Source of the DNA: an uncultured virus (IMG/VR IMGVR_UViG_3300017938_000552) | Taxonomy: Duplodnaviria > Heunggongvirae > Uroviricota > Caudoviricetes | Direction: 5' to 3' (one strand) | Virus record (IMG/VR): IMGVR_UViG_3300017938_000552 | DNA: 64,000 nucleotides | Shown: positions 44,355 through 56,875 of the stretch, piece after piece | How positions within the stretch are numbered: the stretch's first letter is position 1 | How the letters are laid out: every line of letters starts with the position of its first letter | Program-made: the position numbers and the translations under genes | The notes under the pieces: generated by a model | What the model saw: only the letters and a program-made list of their open reading frames with translations | Database searches by the model: none | Told to the model about the DNA's origin: nothing

Positions 44355-47300
44355 TATTCAACCACCCCAATCACAAGGAGGTATAATATAGGGTTGACAT
44401 ACTTTTAAACAATATTCTGTAGTTCCAACCTCATTCTGTGGCACTATTCCATAGGGACACACTTTTTCAGGTTCTGAGAGAACAGCATCACGGAGAGCCT
44501 TAAACTTGATTAAAAGATCATCCCTGATTTCTTGTGAACCTCTCAAATTCATAATTCCTGATTCAAGAATCACCCATTCAATAGAGCCTATCTTCCTAGC
44601 TTTCTCTGCTATTTCATGGTCTGTCATTTTTTCCAACTTCCTTAAAACCACAAACTACTGTACAACCATTTTTTTCTGAGCAAGTGCCATCATTGTAATC
44701 AATATTAACAGTTATATATCCATTAGAATAAAACTCCTTTCTACAGCACAAGGCTCTCTGCAAGACCAATCAAGTGGTATAGAAAACGTTGTAGCTTAAA
44801 AGTCTTACGGTCTATTTTATAGAACACACTTCTGGGATGTAATAAAATCCCTCTGAGTCCTTTACATAAAACCTCTTTTTACGTGGAATCTTAACACCAG
44901 AAAACCACTCTTCTGGTCCAGTTGATGTCTCATATACAATTGTCATAGGATATTTATTATGCCCACAGCAACATGCAAGTGTCCTGATACCACTATCACG
45001 AATAGGAATGAGTATCTTTTTCATACATGGATCAACTCTGAATATATGACCATAGAGGTTTAATATAGCAGTATTACGTTTTTGGCACATTAAATCAGCA
45101 CCATCCCTGAATCATAGCCCAATCAAGAAAACTTAAACATTCTTCTTTCCTCTTTAACTTTCTAATGACACGACCTCTACGATTGAAGCCTCTCTTATAC
45201 CATCTTAGGTTATTCTCTAAGTTCTGAACCCTGTGATTAAGATATTTGATTATTTGTTCATCACTTGGGGGTTCTTCCCAATGTGGTGTGGGAATTTCTA
45301 AATCCATTATTTTATCTGTCATAGACACCTCAAGTAAATCTTTAGGAAGAATTATAACAAAATCTTCATCCTCTCTAATTTCTCTTTGACATTGTAGGCA
45401 AACTTTCCATGAAAATGGTGGGGATATCGGGCAACCTTTACACGGTTCTATTATTTGTTCTGTTACAGTATCACGTTTCATTTTGAATCATCCTGCTTAT
45501 CCTTTCTGGCTGGTGAATAATCATCACACCAACCACGTAGGCTGACAAGCCTTTGGTGTTTGAGACAAAAACAACGACCTGATAACTCATCATACCTATC
45601 ATATGCTCTTTCAATACAGTTCTCGCAGAGTGTTTCATCAATCATTCTTCAAACATCTCCATCAGATTTTGGCACATCTCTAAATGTGAAATGGTAGCCA
45701 CAAACCTTACATTCATCGTATGGTTCATCAGACCAGAGTACAGGTTCCCAATCATTTGAGCCACATTTTGGGCACGGATATTTACCGATCATTTTTGTAT
45801 CAATCTTCCTCTCTTTACGTGGTTTATGGATTGGAAAAAGACTAATATTATTCCTTGGTGGATATTTTGCATTTATTTCATTGTAAAATGGTCTTAGGTC
45901 GCTGTGTTCCTTCCATAGTCTATAATCTTTCTCTAAGAAATCATCTAATATTTGTTCAAACTCATCCCACAACTTTTCTTGATTTTCTGCGATTACATCA
46001 AGTTGTTTCATATATGGTGTTACTGGAATTTCATGTTTTTTGAGTTTACAAACACCAAACCCATTATATAGACGTTTATCAAGTGGCTTCTTTTCTGTAT
46101 TTATTTCAGGCATATTACTTTTCCACCACAGCATCAACAGGAGATTCATAAGTTCTCCCATCTCTTCCCCTGAATCTAACTCTCGGTTTGAAACACTCAA
46201 AACAGATGTTATAGAAGCCCCGATTGGCACTCCCAAACATACCATAGGCTTCTATCTTACGAACCTTCACATTTTCCTTATGGCAGTTTTCACAGGTTCC
46301 TATATTGGCACTATCATAATCTGTTTCGGGTGGTTTAAAATGACATCTATTAGTAGTCCAACCCTTGAAAACAGTGAATCCGTGTCTACCCTCTTCCTGT
46401 GGCGAGTTGGGGCTGTTTCTGGTTGCCACTAAACCATTGATACAAGCAAGATCATCGTGGTTGAATCTACAACCTTCACAGTCTGGTGTCTTTTTCTTGG
46501 TCATTTTGATTTTTCCTCATCCACTTTTTTGAATATCATTATCGTTGTACCTTCTCTAATAGGAGAAACCCCAAATGAAGAATCTGCTATTTTGTTAAGT
46601 CTAGCGATTCTATTAAGTTCATTTAGTCGTTTATTCATTCTTCCACTTCCTCTGGTTTTGGAACTATACCATGTTCTATAGCTTCTTTACATTTTTGACA
46701 ATCTGGGTATTCACCATGTCCAAAATACCATTCGTGCCAATGATTACATTCGCATGGAAATATAGAATTGTCAAACTTCCAGCTACAGTTAGCGGTGTAG
46801 AATTTGAATTCATCTTTTTTATCTTCTGCCATCAATCAATACACCAACATAACCAGTTTTGATTTGGGTGTCATATCTTCACCAACCTGACATCGGCAAC
46901 CAAGTTTTCCGTTTCTAATATAAATGTAAAGTAGACTCTGTTCGTGTGTTTTACAGTAAAGTTTACCTTCTTTGTTGGCTATAATTGCACAGGGTTTTCC
47001 CGATTTATTTGCCTCATCTATAAAATCCATTTTTCTTCACCTTGGCTGTTTCTTCAAGTTCATCAGCACAATGTGTTAGAGTATAATTTTCTGGTGTCTC
47101 ATCATACATGAGTTGATCATGAGTTCTTTTATCACGCCACTTCTCTGGAAGTTTTTGCACATTATCAACAACGGTTTCGAGTGCCTTAATATCTCCAAGT
47201 ATCTCACTAGCATCGTTTGAATTGTAATTACCCGAACAACACTTGTCGAAGAAACGTATGGCTCTCACACTTAATTTCTCAACCATAATTAACACATCCA

Positions 47301-48718
47301 ATTAATTTTCTCCTTAGCCATACCTAAAACGAGTTTATCACATGCTTTCTTACCTGTTTTATCGATCCATTTCTTGAAGGCTTTTCTTCTCTTTACCTGA
47401 TCTGTCAAAAGCTCATCGTTATCTATAACCTCAAAGAACCAGAAGTCGAACAACAAACGGTGATATGCACAGGTTGTATCTATACCAAGTCCCTCTGTGA
47501 CATCTACAGGATTGGGGCATCCTTCAACAGAACACATTGGATTGTTTGGATAGTCTCTTCTAAGGTTCTGATATCTAACCTCAAAGTCTGCCAACGTCAC
47601 TTGTTTGGTCATTTCTGAGATTTTCTTTTTACGTCTAGGAAAATGGACAATATTATTGCAATTAGGGCATAAAGAGAATCTTTCGCCTGTACCAATATTT
47701 TCACAGGTATGTATTTTTGAACCACATTTATGACAATATCCTTTCATCTTCTCACCTTTTCGCCTTTCGTATCTTCTTGAAGAATGTATACATCATATTC
47801 AGTCATCATTCTAGGAAACCAATTTTCTCCCTTTTCATCTACCGCAGAAAATTGACAAAGGCAATAACCATTTCCACCTGCTAAGAACGATGCCTCATAT
47901 TCTGTTTCAGTTAAGACATCACCACAGGTAGGACAGCGATATAATTTCTTTTCGGTTCGTTTAGACATTTTTAAGATTCTCCTTTATTACAATCAATCAT
48001 TATACCTCCCTGACAGGAACCGCATACCGCACAATACCAAGTATAATCTGACTGTCCTTTTTTTTCCTCATAGTCTTTTTCTTTCCGAATATACATCAGG
48101 GGGCTACCACAACTATAACAGTGTTCTACCGATACTCTCTCACTCATGGACTCTTTCTCATCGAAACAGCCATCAGATATTACTTCAAAGACAGGTTTTA
48201 CCATTACTTTTATTTCACTCATTATATCACCTTTGTTCATTTTTAATTAGTTCTCTCATATCTTGTAGAGCCTTGAGATATCCCTGTTTGAAGTCAGAAG
48301 GATTGTCACGAAGTTTAGTTTTTGCATATTCTATTTGGTTATCTATATCATAAAGATTCATTTTTTCACCTTCAAGGTTTCTTCGATTCTCTTCAAACGT
48401 TCTTCCAATTCATCTATTCGTTTATTAATAGTGTCTGGATCACGTTTATTTCTTACGTAATTGTCATAATCCTCATCAGCATCAGACTTGAATCTTGGAT
48501 CAACTGGCATCATTTTTCACCTTTAGTGCCACTACACCATAGATAGAATATACCATTATCCATAGATTGACCATCCTGTGAATTACATGAGGAACAATCT
48601 ATGACATATTTTAATTTTTTTGTTTTTGGGCATCTAACTTGCCAGTTTTCATTTTCTTTAAGTAGCATTTATGGTTCCACCAGACATGTTGTTTCAAACA
48701 ATAACACTTGAACGTTAC

Positions 48719-48734
48719 TTAAAAGCCTTTCGGT
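48719..48734 (-). promoter_or_regulatory. Class I BRE-TATA promoter repeat
   Basis: Exact 16-mer, copy 4. Confidence 0.85.
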
Positions 48735-49294
48735 TCTACTCAAAGTTAAATTGATCCATCAAACACATCTGCCACAAATATTGCAAACAAAGCTAACCCT
48801 AATGACATTGCTATACTTCCCACTATCATTAAAATAGCACCCAATAGAGTTTTACCATTCCAACCCAAATTTGCCACATAAATTATCAAGAAACATATCA
48901 AAGTAGTTGGTATGCACACCGCTTCTATTTTTTCAAATAAGCTGAGAGTCAATATAGAATCATCTCATTTTTTTCAGGAAGCCCCAACTCTCTACAAACA
49001 CACTTTGCTGACTCAGTATCAGTTACTTTCTGGATACAAAGTCGGTCTGCTTTCTTTTCTCTCCAATATTTTCCTCTACCCGGATGAATTATCTCATTAT
49101 CTTCATTATCCATAAGCGAGTACTCTTCATCTTTACTCTCTAGGATTCTTTTTCTTTCATCTTCATAGAATTGAAGGGCTTGTTTAGGGTTGCTAAATCC
49201 CCTGAGAATATTGTCTATCCCCTCATATCCAACTTCAATAACTAAATAAATTTCCATCTAATTTTCACCTTTCCTATATATAGAAAACAACATC

Positions 49295-49336
49295 ATATAA
49301 AAACATTTCGGTTACAAAACCGAAAACCTTATATAC
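49295..49336. promoter_or_regulatory. Back-to-back divergent class I promoters
   Basis: ATATAAAAACATTTCGGTT (minus) and AACCGAAAACCTTATATAC (plus) between 49257 and 49367. Confidence 0.75.
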
Positions 49337-49366
49337 TTTATAGTACATATTTGGAACCTGATACAT

Positions 49367-50657
49367 ATGGGTTTAAGTGAAATCAAGTTGAATAGAAAGC
49401 CTGAGAAACCAGTAAATGATTTGCTGGATGATATTGTAAATGAGATATTTACAATGCCTATAACTGGTAACGTGGTTGTTACCGAAAAGCACAGCCATAT
49501 CATCAGTGATGTAGCAAGGATCAAAGATGCTCTGGGTCTTACGCTTGACATCAAGCAACCCGAAAAAAATCCTGAGTTGCGTGTTTTTACTCATAATTTT
49601 CAACTTAGCGACACCTACTTTGGTGCTTTCAAAAACGAGACATCATTCATTAAATTTGCTATGAAAAGGTGGGGAATTAATTTCCGTATCGAGAACCACG
49701 AAATCAAATCTGACACTGAGGATGTTCCTGATAAAGAAATGTACAAATATGCTATGCAACATCCAAACTTGGTTTTTTACACACCTGTACGCTTTATGCA
49801 GTACGGCTTCAAGCCTCTGCTATGGGTTGAGTGATAAAATGAAGATTGATAAGGATACTGAACATTTTTCGCTTGCTGATTATAGGGATGCAGATTTCTA
49901 TAATGAAAATGACAGGGGGATAACAATCTCTGCTGGTAATGGGGATGGTTTATATGCAATGGATGAGGCTGAACTACACGAACTTCGTGATCTTGTTGAT
50001 TGGGCTATTGCATTATTAGCATTGGAGAAAAAAATGAAAGTTGATTGAATTAATACATAAAGTTTATATGTAAGTTTACATATTATATAACTCGATAGAA
50101 ATGACCCCAACAAATATCAAAGCTGGTTTGACTTCTAGACAGATCGAAAGGCAGAAAGTTAGAGAAGGTGGGAAATATTCAAAATACCCAAGGTGTGAAC
50201 TTTGCGGTAAAATGGTAGTTTCTGGTGAACACTGGTCTGACTCAAGATGTAATGCAACAGGCGTAGGATTGATTCTACACAAAAGATGTTGCCACAAGTC
50301 CGAACAGATGAATAATAAAGAATTTATGAAAACCTTCGGAAAGGGTTTTGACTTAGAACAGAAAAAGAAATATCTCACAAGACTCAATAAAGAGTTTCCT
50401 GATCGAGAGTGAAATGCACGAAGAAAGAGAGGACAGAGATTGAACAACTCTGGTATGATGCGGGAAGTCTTTTTACGTGTATTGTAATAGTGGGTATATT
50501 TGGTTGGATTTTTGATATGTTAATTTCATTGGGTATTTTACCCTTGCAAGCACCACAAACAGGACTCTTTGGTGCGTCTGCTTTTATTTCAATAATTATT
50601 ATATGTTCCTACATGCTATATGAAAATTTGAAGAAAATAGAGGCATATAAGAAATAA
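49367..50657 (+). other. Plus-strand island of four small hypothetical genes
   Basis: 49367..49834, ~49839..50048, 50101..50412, 50409..50657. Confidence 0.65.
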
Positions 50658-51401
50658 AGATTTACATCCCAAAAAACTCATATCTGAGTAGTAAGAATGG
50701 TACTATATTTGAGACATCCTTGGTTTTCAGGATCACAAAATCCGTGAGATAATAGTGTGAATGTACACCAACACTTATATTACAAAGTTCTTTTTCCAAG
50801 GTCGTGCCATATCCTATGTTTCCAATGGTATGAAGTTCATTGTGACCAATATGCTCTGTTTCAGTCAAGAAGTTCAGCCTCACTTTTTCTGCCTCTTCCT
50901 CTGTCAACATCTTAGGGTCTGAATAGAGAAGTCGATGTTCATATATACCTTCAACAGTATGAATCTCTCTTATTCTATCAAGAATCTTTACCTTGACTGT
51001 CCAGAAACCATCATTGAGTTTCTTTATTCTTACGGTTTCCTTACCTATACCAAAGTCATTTACAAAAATAGCAGATTTACCATAGTATCTAAAACTCCAA
51101 TTGTCACAGAACATACTATGTAAGTTCTGTACCAAATCTTCATCTATGGACATAGCACCAGATACATAGTGCATATAGTATATAAGAGTTGTGGTAAAAT
51201 GATGCTATGACTCAAAGAATTTAAAATTTGATAGTGGTTCATACCCAAACTTCCACAGGTTGGGATTGAACGTTGTATCCCACATCATTTCCCTCTTAGC
51301 CTTTCCCTTGGTCTTGGTCTTTCTCTCAGTTCTGTTTATCATTTTAGGTCATATAACAAAGGATACGACCTTGTATTTAAGTTTTGTGGATTATGGTAGA
51401 A

Positions 51402-51463
51402 TGGTGATAGCCTTCCGTGAGATAATTGAAATGTAGTTGTGGGCGGTTCTCTTTCCGGCTATC
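51402..51463 (-). ncRNA. Putative 62-nt tRNA-acceptor-stem-like small RNA ending in ACCA
   Basis: 5' GATAGCC pairs with 3' GGCTATC, followed by ACCA; inner GAGA/TCTC stem; no start codon; TATA box 23 nt upstream. Confidence 0.55.
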
Positions 51464-51485
51464 GTATAATATGTTTCAGCCTGAG

Positions 51486-51500
51486 TATAAAAAGGTTACT
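51486..51500 (-). promoter_or_regulatory. TATA promoter of the putative small RNA
   Basis: AGTAACCTTTTTATA; same CTTTTTATAC core as promoters at 61135 and 63234. Confidence 0.65.
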
Positions 51501-51508
51501 AAGACTTT

Positions 51509-51709
51509 TTACCACTCATGCTTCTTACTCTTATCAAACTTTCTAGCAATTACACCGAAGTCTGGAATTGATTTTGGATTGCCAAAAGTCCAATTATCTT
51601 CACTAAAACCTGTGCCCCAAGGATCATCTTTTTTAGGTTCTTCCTTCTTTTCCTCTATATGAGCTTTGGGGTGTCTAACACCATGATGATGACTGTGTAC
51701 CATTTTCAT
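51509..51709 (-). CDS. Small His/Lys-rich hypothetical protein
   Basis: 66 aa, coupled to 51710..52039. Confidence 0.6.
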   Translation of the reverse strand: MKMVHSHHHGVRHPKAHIEEKKEEPKKDDPWGTGFSEDNWTFGNPKSIPDFGVIARKFDKSKKHEW

Positions 51710-52039
51710 TTACCTCTTGTATGGATAGAATGTCTCACCGCAGTTACGACACAGATACTTTTCGTATGATGGTGAATATTCCGTGAAACGAGACTTGCAC
51801 TTTGGACACCTATATACATGTGGTTTACTTACTTTCGTGGTTCTGTATGTGAATTTCACGTTATGATCCTTCAAATATGTTTTTACATTAAGAACCACAG
51901 ACTTTGGAGAACTTGTGTCTATGGCGATTGTATCATCTGTATAAAGCACAATTGTGCCTAAGTTACGAATTCTACTACCAAGATGTTCCTTCTGTGGATG
52001 GGGCATCCTGTTTACCTTGAATATAACTCTGCTAGTCAT
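51710..52039 (-). CDS. Basic protein with C-terminal Zn ribbon
   Basis: CPKC...CRNCG; class II promoter 31 nt upstream. Confidence 0.75.
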   Translation of the reverse strand: MTSRVIFKVNRMPHPQKEHLGSRIRNLGTIVLYTDDTIAIDTSSPKSVVLNVKTYLKDHNVKFTYRTTKVSKPHVYRCPKCKSRFTEYSPSYEKYLCRNCGETFYPYKR

Positions 52040-52069
52040 TACTATCGGTAATAGTTATAGCATACTAAT

Positions 52070-52087
52070 ATTTAAATGTTATGATAT
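52070..52087 (-). promoter_or_regulatory. Class II promoter repeat
   Basis: Exact ATATCATAACATTTAAAT. Confidence 0.85.
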
Positions 52088-52095
52088 AAAAATAG

Positions 52096-52383
52096 CTATG
52101 AATTTAAAACTTCCCAAACAGCATACTTGGTTACAGCCTCAGAACCAAGCAACTTTCCACTCTCATTGTAAATAAATCCCAAAACAGCACCACCGAACAT
52201 TCTAGCGGAATGGTCTAAGAATCCCTCTATAATTCTACCAGATTTTAAGTCTCTAACTCTGTACCATTTTCCAGCCGTTGGAGAATATTTTATTATTGTA
52301 TATTTGTGCCCACTTGGTTTCTCACGTGGATACTTTAACCTCTTGTATTTATCATCACTACTACTGTTTTTGGTTTTTACCAT
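52096..52383 (-). CDS. Basic hypothetical protein
   Basis: MVKTKNSS...; class II promoter 30 nt upstream. Confidence 0.75.
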   Translation of the reverse strand: MVKTKNSSSDDKYKRLKYPREKPSGHKYTIIKYSPTAGKWYRVRDLKSGRIIEGFLDHSARMFGGAVLGFIYNESGKLLGSEAVTKYAVWEVLNS

Positions 52384-52412
52384 CTACATCAAATAGTATT
52401 AACTCTGGAAGA

Positions 52413-52430
52413 ATTTAAATGTTATGATAT
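52413..52430 (-). promoter_or_regulatory. Class II promoter repeat
   Basis: Exact ATATCATAACATTTAAAT. Confidence 0.85.
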
Positions 52431-52441
52431 GAAAATTTATA

Positions 52442-52834
52442 TTACTTTAAATATTCAGAAACTGAAACGACCTTTTTGCCCTTTTCATAATCCACAACTG
52501 TTGCATCGTGATCCTTCATAATTCTAAATACTTTACCCATGAACTTTTTGCGTAAATCTCTCTGTGCATCCATATACTTTTTTTCATCATTTGCTGTATC
52601 TCTCATAGAAATTGCATATCCAATTGAGGGAGGACTTACACTTATTTCAGTAACACGTTTTCCCTTTTTAACATATACTTTTTCAGCATTTGCCATACGT
52701 GATCTAGCACCATATGGTCTAACCCTACTTATCGCAGAAGATACCTTTTTTAAATCCTTAGATGGTATGTGGAATGTCGTGAATGTTGCTTTTTTATCTG
52801 AAATAGAAATTGCTTTACTTCTTTTTCCAACCAT
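52442..52834 (-). CDS. Basic hypothetical protein
   Basis: Start moved to ATG 52834 (MVGKRSK), 30 nt from the class II promoter like its neighbours. Confidence 0.75.
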   Translation of the reverse strand: MVGKRSKAISISDKKATFTTFHIPSKDLKKVSSAISRVRPYGARSRMANAEKVYVKKGKRVTEISVSPPSIGYAISMRDTANDEKKYMDAQRDLRKKFMGKVFRIMKDHDATVVDYEKGKKVVSVSEYLK

Positions 52835-52863
52835 AGCTATCACTTATTTATAGATACCAGAGT

Positions 52864-52881
52864 ATTTAAATGTTATGATAT
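52864..52881 (-). promoter_or_regulatory. Class II promoter repeat
   Basis: Exact ATATCATAACATTTAAAT. Confidence 0.85.
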
Positions 52882-53394
52882 AAAATCAACGTGCTGGAAT
52901 TGGGGCAAACGGATTGTAAATCTTATATATTATAAAACCGAATATAAGTAATACCATAAGTATATCTATAACCGTTTGTGATGGATTCACACGATACCAA
53001 ATTCCTCTGCCGATCCTCTCTGCAATATTCATAAGCCAACTACCCAACATCAGGGAACCATTCACAAGAACATAACCAACAAGACACAATGTAAAAAGAA
53101 GCATAATGGATATTCCACCATCTGTGTTTAACTTGAAAGTCATATTAAATATTTCTGGTTCAAATGCATCTATAGCAAGGATAATAAACATTAAACCAAC
53201 CACCATTTCAACCATATTATATTGAAATGAATCTCTAAACGAATATTTTACTGGTTCTGTTTCTGGGTCTGTTTCATCTTCCTTTAGAATCTCTTTTACC
53301 TTCTCTTTCAGTTCAGCAAAGTTCAACTTATGTCATAATATGATATTGATTTCTATATATAAATCTTTCTTTTTCAGAAGTATATTTGATATAA

Positions 53395-54021
53395 TTATAC
53401 CTGTGAAACTGACCTTTTTGGCAAATATTCCCAACCAATCTCATCCAGTATCCATCTTTTTGTTTGATTGGTTAGTGTTTCAAGCATCTCGGATTTCACA
53501 CTTCTAAGGTGCATCTCACTTAGCTCATCCTCATTTATTTTAACTCTTTGTGGTGGTCTAGTCACTGTGACACCAACCATATGATAGCCATACCAAGGTG
53601 GTTTGTCACGTATTATCTTGAAATTATCCAAATCCACTTCAATTATACCAATGCTTTTGTGTACCTGATCAGGTTCAATCAAATCCTTCGGGATTAGTAG
53701 ATAGTTATAGTGGCAACTATTGTGAATAAATCCATTATTAAAGTCAGACTTTGAAATCTTGACCTCTATACCCCTAAGTATTTCCCTCTTATTTGTCTGG
53801 TATGTCTCTTTGTTCGGTGGCAGATATTCCCACCCTATACCAAGAATGTCGATATGATAGTGTGCATCGTTTTTTATTGGATTTTGAAAATCCCTAAAAT
53901 AATATGAATAAACAGGAACCTCTGTTGAGATTTCGTGACATCCCATCTTTTCAAGGAAAAGAAAACCTATTTTTGTTAAAATCTGGGTTTTCTTTTTGTT
54001 ATATATCCAGTTCTGTGACAT
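53395..54021 (-). CDS. PD-(D/E)xK nuclease, MmcB-like
   Basis: TEV...IDILGI...GIEVKISKSDFNNG...CHYNYLLIP...GIIEV. Confidence 0.75.
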   Translation of the reverse strand: MSQNWIYNKKKTQILTKIGFLFLEKMGCHEISTEVPVYSYYFRDFQNPIKNDAHYHIDILGIGWEYLPPNKETYQTNKREILRGIEVKISKSDFNNGFIHNSCHYNYLLIPKDLIEPDQVHKSIGIIEVDLDNFKIIRDKPPWYGYHMVGVTVTRPPQRVKINEDELSEMHLRSVKSEMLETLTNQTKRWILDEIGWEYLPKRSVSQV

Positions 54022-54440
54022 TATTGATCATCTAACCTAAAAACACTTCTGGTGCAAATACAGTATATGTCACCAGAACCAAGCAATAAAACCAATAATA
54101 AATATTGAACCAAAGTAATGTTAAGAATAGAAAATAATTGAATTATGATTGGTGCAAACATTAAATTAGCTAATATTCCAGATATGTAATTTATTGGCAT
54201 TAGATTTTTTGGTATTAAAGATTGATTAATTATTGTTGTCGGGTTGCCATTATGAATTGTAAACCCCCAAAATGCTCCAAACCAAGATGCTGTGAGTGCG
54301 TGTCCCAATTCGTGAGAAGCCACAAATATGAACAAACCAATAACTAATAAGGGTGTTTTTATGCTATCAACTATTATAGCTATCAATACAAATGGAATTA
54401 TGAATTTATATACATCAACAAGTTTCATTATTTTAAACAC
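54021..54440 (-). CDS. M50-like membrane metallopeptidase
   Basis: SHELGHAL within a TM helix, ISGILANL, GSGD. Confidence 0.65.
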   Translation of the reverse strand: MFKIMKLVDVYKFIIPFVLIAIIVDSIKTPLLVIGLFIFVASHELGHALTASWFGAFWGFTIHNGNPTTIINQSLIPKNLMPINYISGILANLMFAPIIIQLFSILNITLVQYLLLVLLLGSGDIYCICTRSVFRLDDQ

Positions 54441-55535
54441 CTATTCTGTCATATTCATCCCCTAAAAGCACTTTTGATACTTTATACCGTAAAATGAACC
54501 ACGATTTTCTTCCTCAAAATCGAAGTAAAGTTTCCTCTGCTGATTCAGGTCATTCAAAGCACGACTCCAATCACCAACACCGACAAGGTGTGTTTTTTTC
54601 CCCGTTAATATGAAATCTAATATTTTTTTCTTTTCCTTTGCATTAACAGTTGTTGCAAAATGAAGATTTGTACGTTTGTTAAATATAGACTCAAGATAAA
54701 ATTCGGTATATCTTCTCATACCTTTGTCTGTTTTCGGATGTATTTTTAGCATCACACCATCATCGTTTACCCACCATAATTCAGATATTTGTTTCCAGAC
54801 CATTTTAAGCACCTATGTATTGATAGTATCCACGACTTTCAACTGTCCAAGTTCCATCCTTGTTGTCCCTTAGTTCAGCACCACCGACAAAGTAGGAAAT
54901 TGCTTCCATCATAAACTCTGCATCTTTCAGGTTTCTCACCGTAACGGGTTTTGTTGGAAGTTTCCACTGTTTGTCGTTTGATACGTTTTGAAAGATTCGC
55001 CTGTACTTCTTAATTAAAACATCATCTACCATTTCAGTTCAATTTATAGTAGATATGAACTTATATAAAAGGCTTGTGGATATGTTTTATATCCTTCTCT
55101 TTCTGTGATAACCTATAACACCATTTTCAATGGTTGTGTAAAAGGCATCGTCAACGGGTGTAGGATAATTATTGATTGATTCTTTTGACCTGTCTATTAG
55201 CTTTTGTGGTTCTTCTTCTATGAGATCAACTCGCTGTCGAGTTTTATCGGATTCATTCATACGAGCAACTTGTTCCCAGAAGGTATTTTTATCGGATTCT
55301 CTTTTTGTTGCATCCATGTTTTGTTACCAAATACAAAGGATACATATCTACTATAAAAGGTTTACGGATTTTAGTATCTACTAAAGTAAAACCCAAATAA
55401 CACAAGAAAAACCCAAAATACCATAACGGAAAGAGCAGGAATATAAATCTCTAGAAGAAATTCCTTGGTTATTTTATTCATCTTTAACACACCTGTGTCT
55501 AATGATAGTTAATGAACTTATAAACATTGCCTTTT

Positions 55536-55877
55536 TTATAGTTTTATCACAGGAACACTCTTTAAATTATAATAAATTTTTAGCTTCAATTCCTTTGCTC
55601 TTTCAAGTTCAGCATCTGCACCGGGGCTGTGACAGATTAAGTAAAAAGCATCACAAACATCTAACCATTCAAAATCCATATCTGTCCATTTTTTATAATC
55701 GAAATCTCCATCTGGATGTGTCCAAATGTAATGACTGAGATGTGGAATAAAAGGTGTCCATCCCTTATGTATCAACTGACATCCAACGGATATTGCTTTA
55801 TCAACATTCATTTGAACACACCTAGCATCTTTGGCTGAATAGGGTCCAGCAACATATATTTTCATTTCTTTCACCAA
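55536..55877 (-). CDS. Nucleoside 2-deoxyribosyltransferase-like (DUF4406/DUF1937-type) protein
   Basis: IYVAGPYS, PFIPH, WLDVCDA, SPGADAELERA. Confidence 0.8.
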   Translation of the reverse strand: MVKEMKIYVAGPYSAKDARCVQMNVDKAISVGCQLIHKGWTPFIPHLSHYIWTHPDGDFDYKKWTDMDFEWLDVCDAFYLICHSPGADAELERAKELKLKIYYNLKSVPVIKL

Positions 55878-56368
55878 TATATTTTAACACACCATTAAGT
55901 AGTGTTTGTGGGTTTTTGGCTTCTGTTCACAAGGACATGGGTTTGTATGCCCTGTATGGAATTTTGGTTCTTCGCTGATTTTCCAGTTAGAACTTGTCCC
56001 TGTGGGACACCTCATGTTGACAAGCATCTCAACTCGTTCTGGGTCTTTAATATTCGTGCAAACTGAACAGTGAACAATCCCCAGACTATAAACTTCAAGT
56101 TCATCTTCCATCTTAAATCCACTACACATTTTAATTGTGTGACTTATATCTAAGATTTGCGGTTATTCTAAAAGTTCTCTTATTGTTCTCAAAAGGTTAG
56201 CATTTTCTGGTCTTTTGGATGTTTTTATTGTCTGAGCAAACGACACGGAGTCCCATGCGATAAGAACCTCTTGGTTTGTGTATCCTTTTCCAGATAGTTC
56301 TTTCTCAAAGAAATCCCACATCTTTGTGGTTAGTTCTTTAAGTTTTTCCTCTCTTATAGGTAATGACA

Positions 56369-56875
56369 TTATCCTTCAACATCTCCATTGTGGTATTCTT
56401 CTATCCAAGGTCCATACTTCAAGAACTTACAATCAAAGCTATCTTCTGAAGCAAGTCTACGCAATACACGAATCATACCGGGATCGTCATCTATGTAGAG
56501 ATCGGAATCAAGTTCCTTGATAATGTCATATTTTGCCTTTCCAACCTTCTCTTGATATTCTGTACCCCAGTTATCAGTACATTTTGGAACTGTAAAGAGG
56601 GATATGCGATCACCATAAAAATGGTTTAACCACTCTCGTTTTCTCCGAACATCAACATCTGTATAACACCTAGTTAAGCAGTATAGTTGATCCTCTGGAA
56701 GTGCTAAAAGCATGGGATTAAGCAATGGCTTTGTTGCTGTTAGAGAATTTACCTCAAAGGGTCTGAAATCTTTTATAATTTCACATACATGTATCATGGA
56801 CAGGTCTAATTCACGTAAGACCCCATCTAGATCGAAACCTATGGTTAAGGATTTTCTATCATTTTCATGCATCAT
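56369..56875 (-). CDS. HAD-superfamily phosphatase (5'(3')-deoxyribonucleotidase-like)
   Basis: IGFDLDGVL, LTR, K, YIDDDP. Confidence 0.8.
   Translation of the reverse strand: MMHENDRKSLTIGFDLDGVLRELDLSMIHVCEIIKDFRPFEVNSLTATKPLLNPMLLALPEDQLYCLTRCYTDVDVRRKREWLNHFYGDRISLFTVPKCTDNWGTEYQEKVGKAKYDIIKELDSDLYIDDDPGMIRVLRRLASEDSFDCKFLKYGPWIEEYHNGDVEG

Larger units (their letters stand above)
25597..49257 (-). other. Long co-oriented array of >70 short orphan ORFs (many CxxC Zn-finger and small membrane proteins)
   Basis: Minus-strand ORFs of mostly 60-200 aa tile the region with ATGA/TAATG overlaps; plus-strand ORFs here are shadows. Confidence 0.8.

Noticed and set aside
51402..51463. Canonical tRNA gene
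   Set aside because: Too short, with no D arm, anticodon arm or GTTCRA T-loop in a stem; kept only as a tRNA-like ncRNA candidate
39500..52881. Repeated motifs as CRISPR repeats or integron attC sites
   Set aside because: Not palindromic, separated by whole genes, and at fixed TATA distance from start codons, so best read as promoters
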